Origin: Macrostomum hystrix
Taxonomy: Eukaryota; Animalia; Platyhelminthes
Assembly: GCA_950097015.1 (NCBI GenBank)
Contig: CATNEN010000033.1
Coordinates: forward strand, 124,001-188,000
Reading direction: 5' to 3'
DNA length: 64,000 bases
Shown: positions 63,365 to 64,000 of the stretch, piece by piece
Numbering within the stretch: the first letter of the stretch is position 1
How the letters are laid out: each line of letters begins with the position of its first letter
Translations under genes and position numbers: made by a program
The notes under the pieces: model-generated
Seen by the model: only the letters and a program-made list of their open reading frames with translations
What the model was told of the DNA's origin: nothing
Databases searched by the model: none

Positions 63365-64000
63365 GCACTCTAGTCTCTATCCAGTTCGGTCATGACACTC
63401 CAGTCTCTATCCAGTTCGGTCATCACACTCCAGTCTCTATCCAGTTCGGTCATCACACTCCAGTCTCTATCCAGTTCGGTCATCACACTCCAGTCTCTAT
63501 CCAGTTCGGTCATCACACTCCAGTCTCAATCCAGTTCGGTCATCACACTCCAGTCTCTATCCAGTTCGGTCATCACACTCCAGTCTCTATCCAGTTCGGT
63601 CATCACACTCCAGTCTCTATCCAGTTCGGTCATCACACTCCAGTCTCTATCCAGTTCGGTCATCACACTCCAGTCTCTATCCAGTTCGGTCATCACACTC
63701 CAGTCTCAATCCAGTTCGGTCATCACACTCCAGTCTCTATCCAGTTCGGTCATCAAACTCCAGTCTCTATCCAGTTCGGTCATCACACTCCAGTCTCTAT
63801 CCAGTTCGGTCATCACACTCCAGTCTCTATCCAGTTCTGTCATGACACTCCAGTCTCTATCCAGTTCGGTCATCACACTCCAGTCTCTATCCAGTTCGGT
63901 CATCAAACTCCAGTCTCTATCCAGTTCGGTCATCACACTCCAGTCTCAATCCAGTTCGGTCATCACACTCCAGTCTCTATCCAGTTCTGTCATCACACTC
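63365..64000. repeat. 30-bp intronic minisatellite running off the window end
   Basis: Unit CAGTCTCTATCCAGTTCGGTCATCACACTC, at least 21 copies. Confidence 0.95.

Overview
Eukaryotic, metazoan genomic DNA: spliced genes with GC-rich exons, many 65-80 nt introns and a very high minisatellite load. A free-living flatworm such as Macrostomum is my inference, not proven. I reconstructed eight protein-coding genes by hand from splice sites and reading phase: an ankyrin-repeat protein (-), RidA/UK114 (+), a probably GPI-anchored CD38/CD157-family ADP-ribosyl cyclase (+), EFCAB11 (+), a DEG/ENaC channel (-), a GlyT2-like SLC6 transporter (+), an alpha-arrestin (-) with an apparent frameshift, and the last exon of a GRAMD1/Aster-like VASt protein (-). 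About 24 distinct tandem arrays (units about 15-67 bp, roughly 23 kb, about a third of the window) sit mostly inside introns and produce nearly all the giant ORFs in the track, which are not genes. There are also three copies of a tRNA-derived SINE and a 281-bp MITE with a 9-bp TSD. Best leads: (1) the 6,447-bp 33-bp satellite in the cyclase gene is bounded by an AG and an AAG|GTATGT donor and is exactly in frame with its neighbouring exons; (2) one SINE copy is heavily CpG-deaminated while its siblings are not; (3) a frameshift in the arrestin gene; (4) non-canonical gating and filter motifs in the DEG/ENaC. All coordinates were counted by eye; array edges are approximate.
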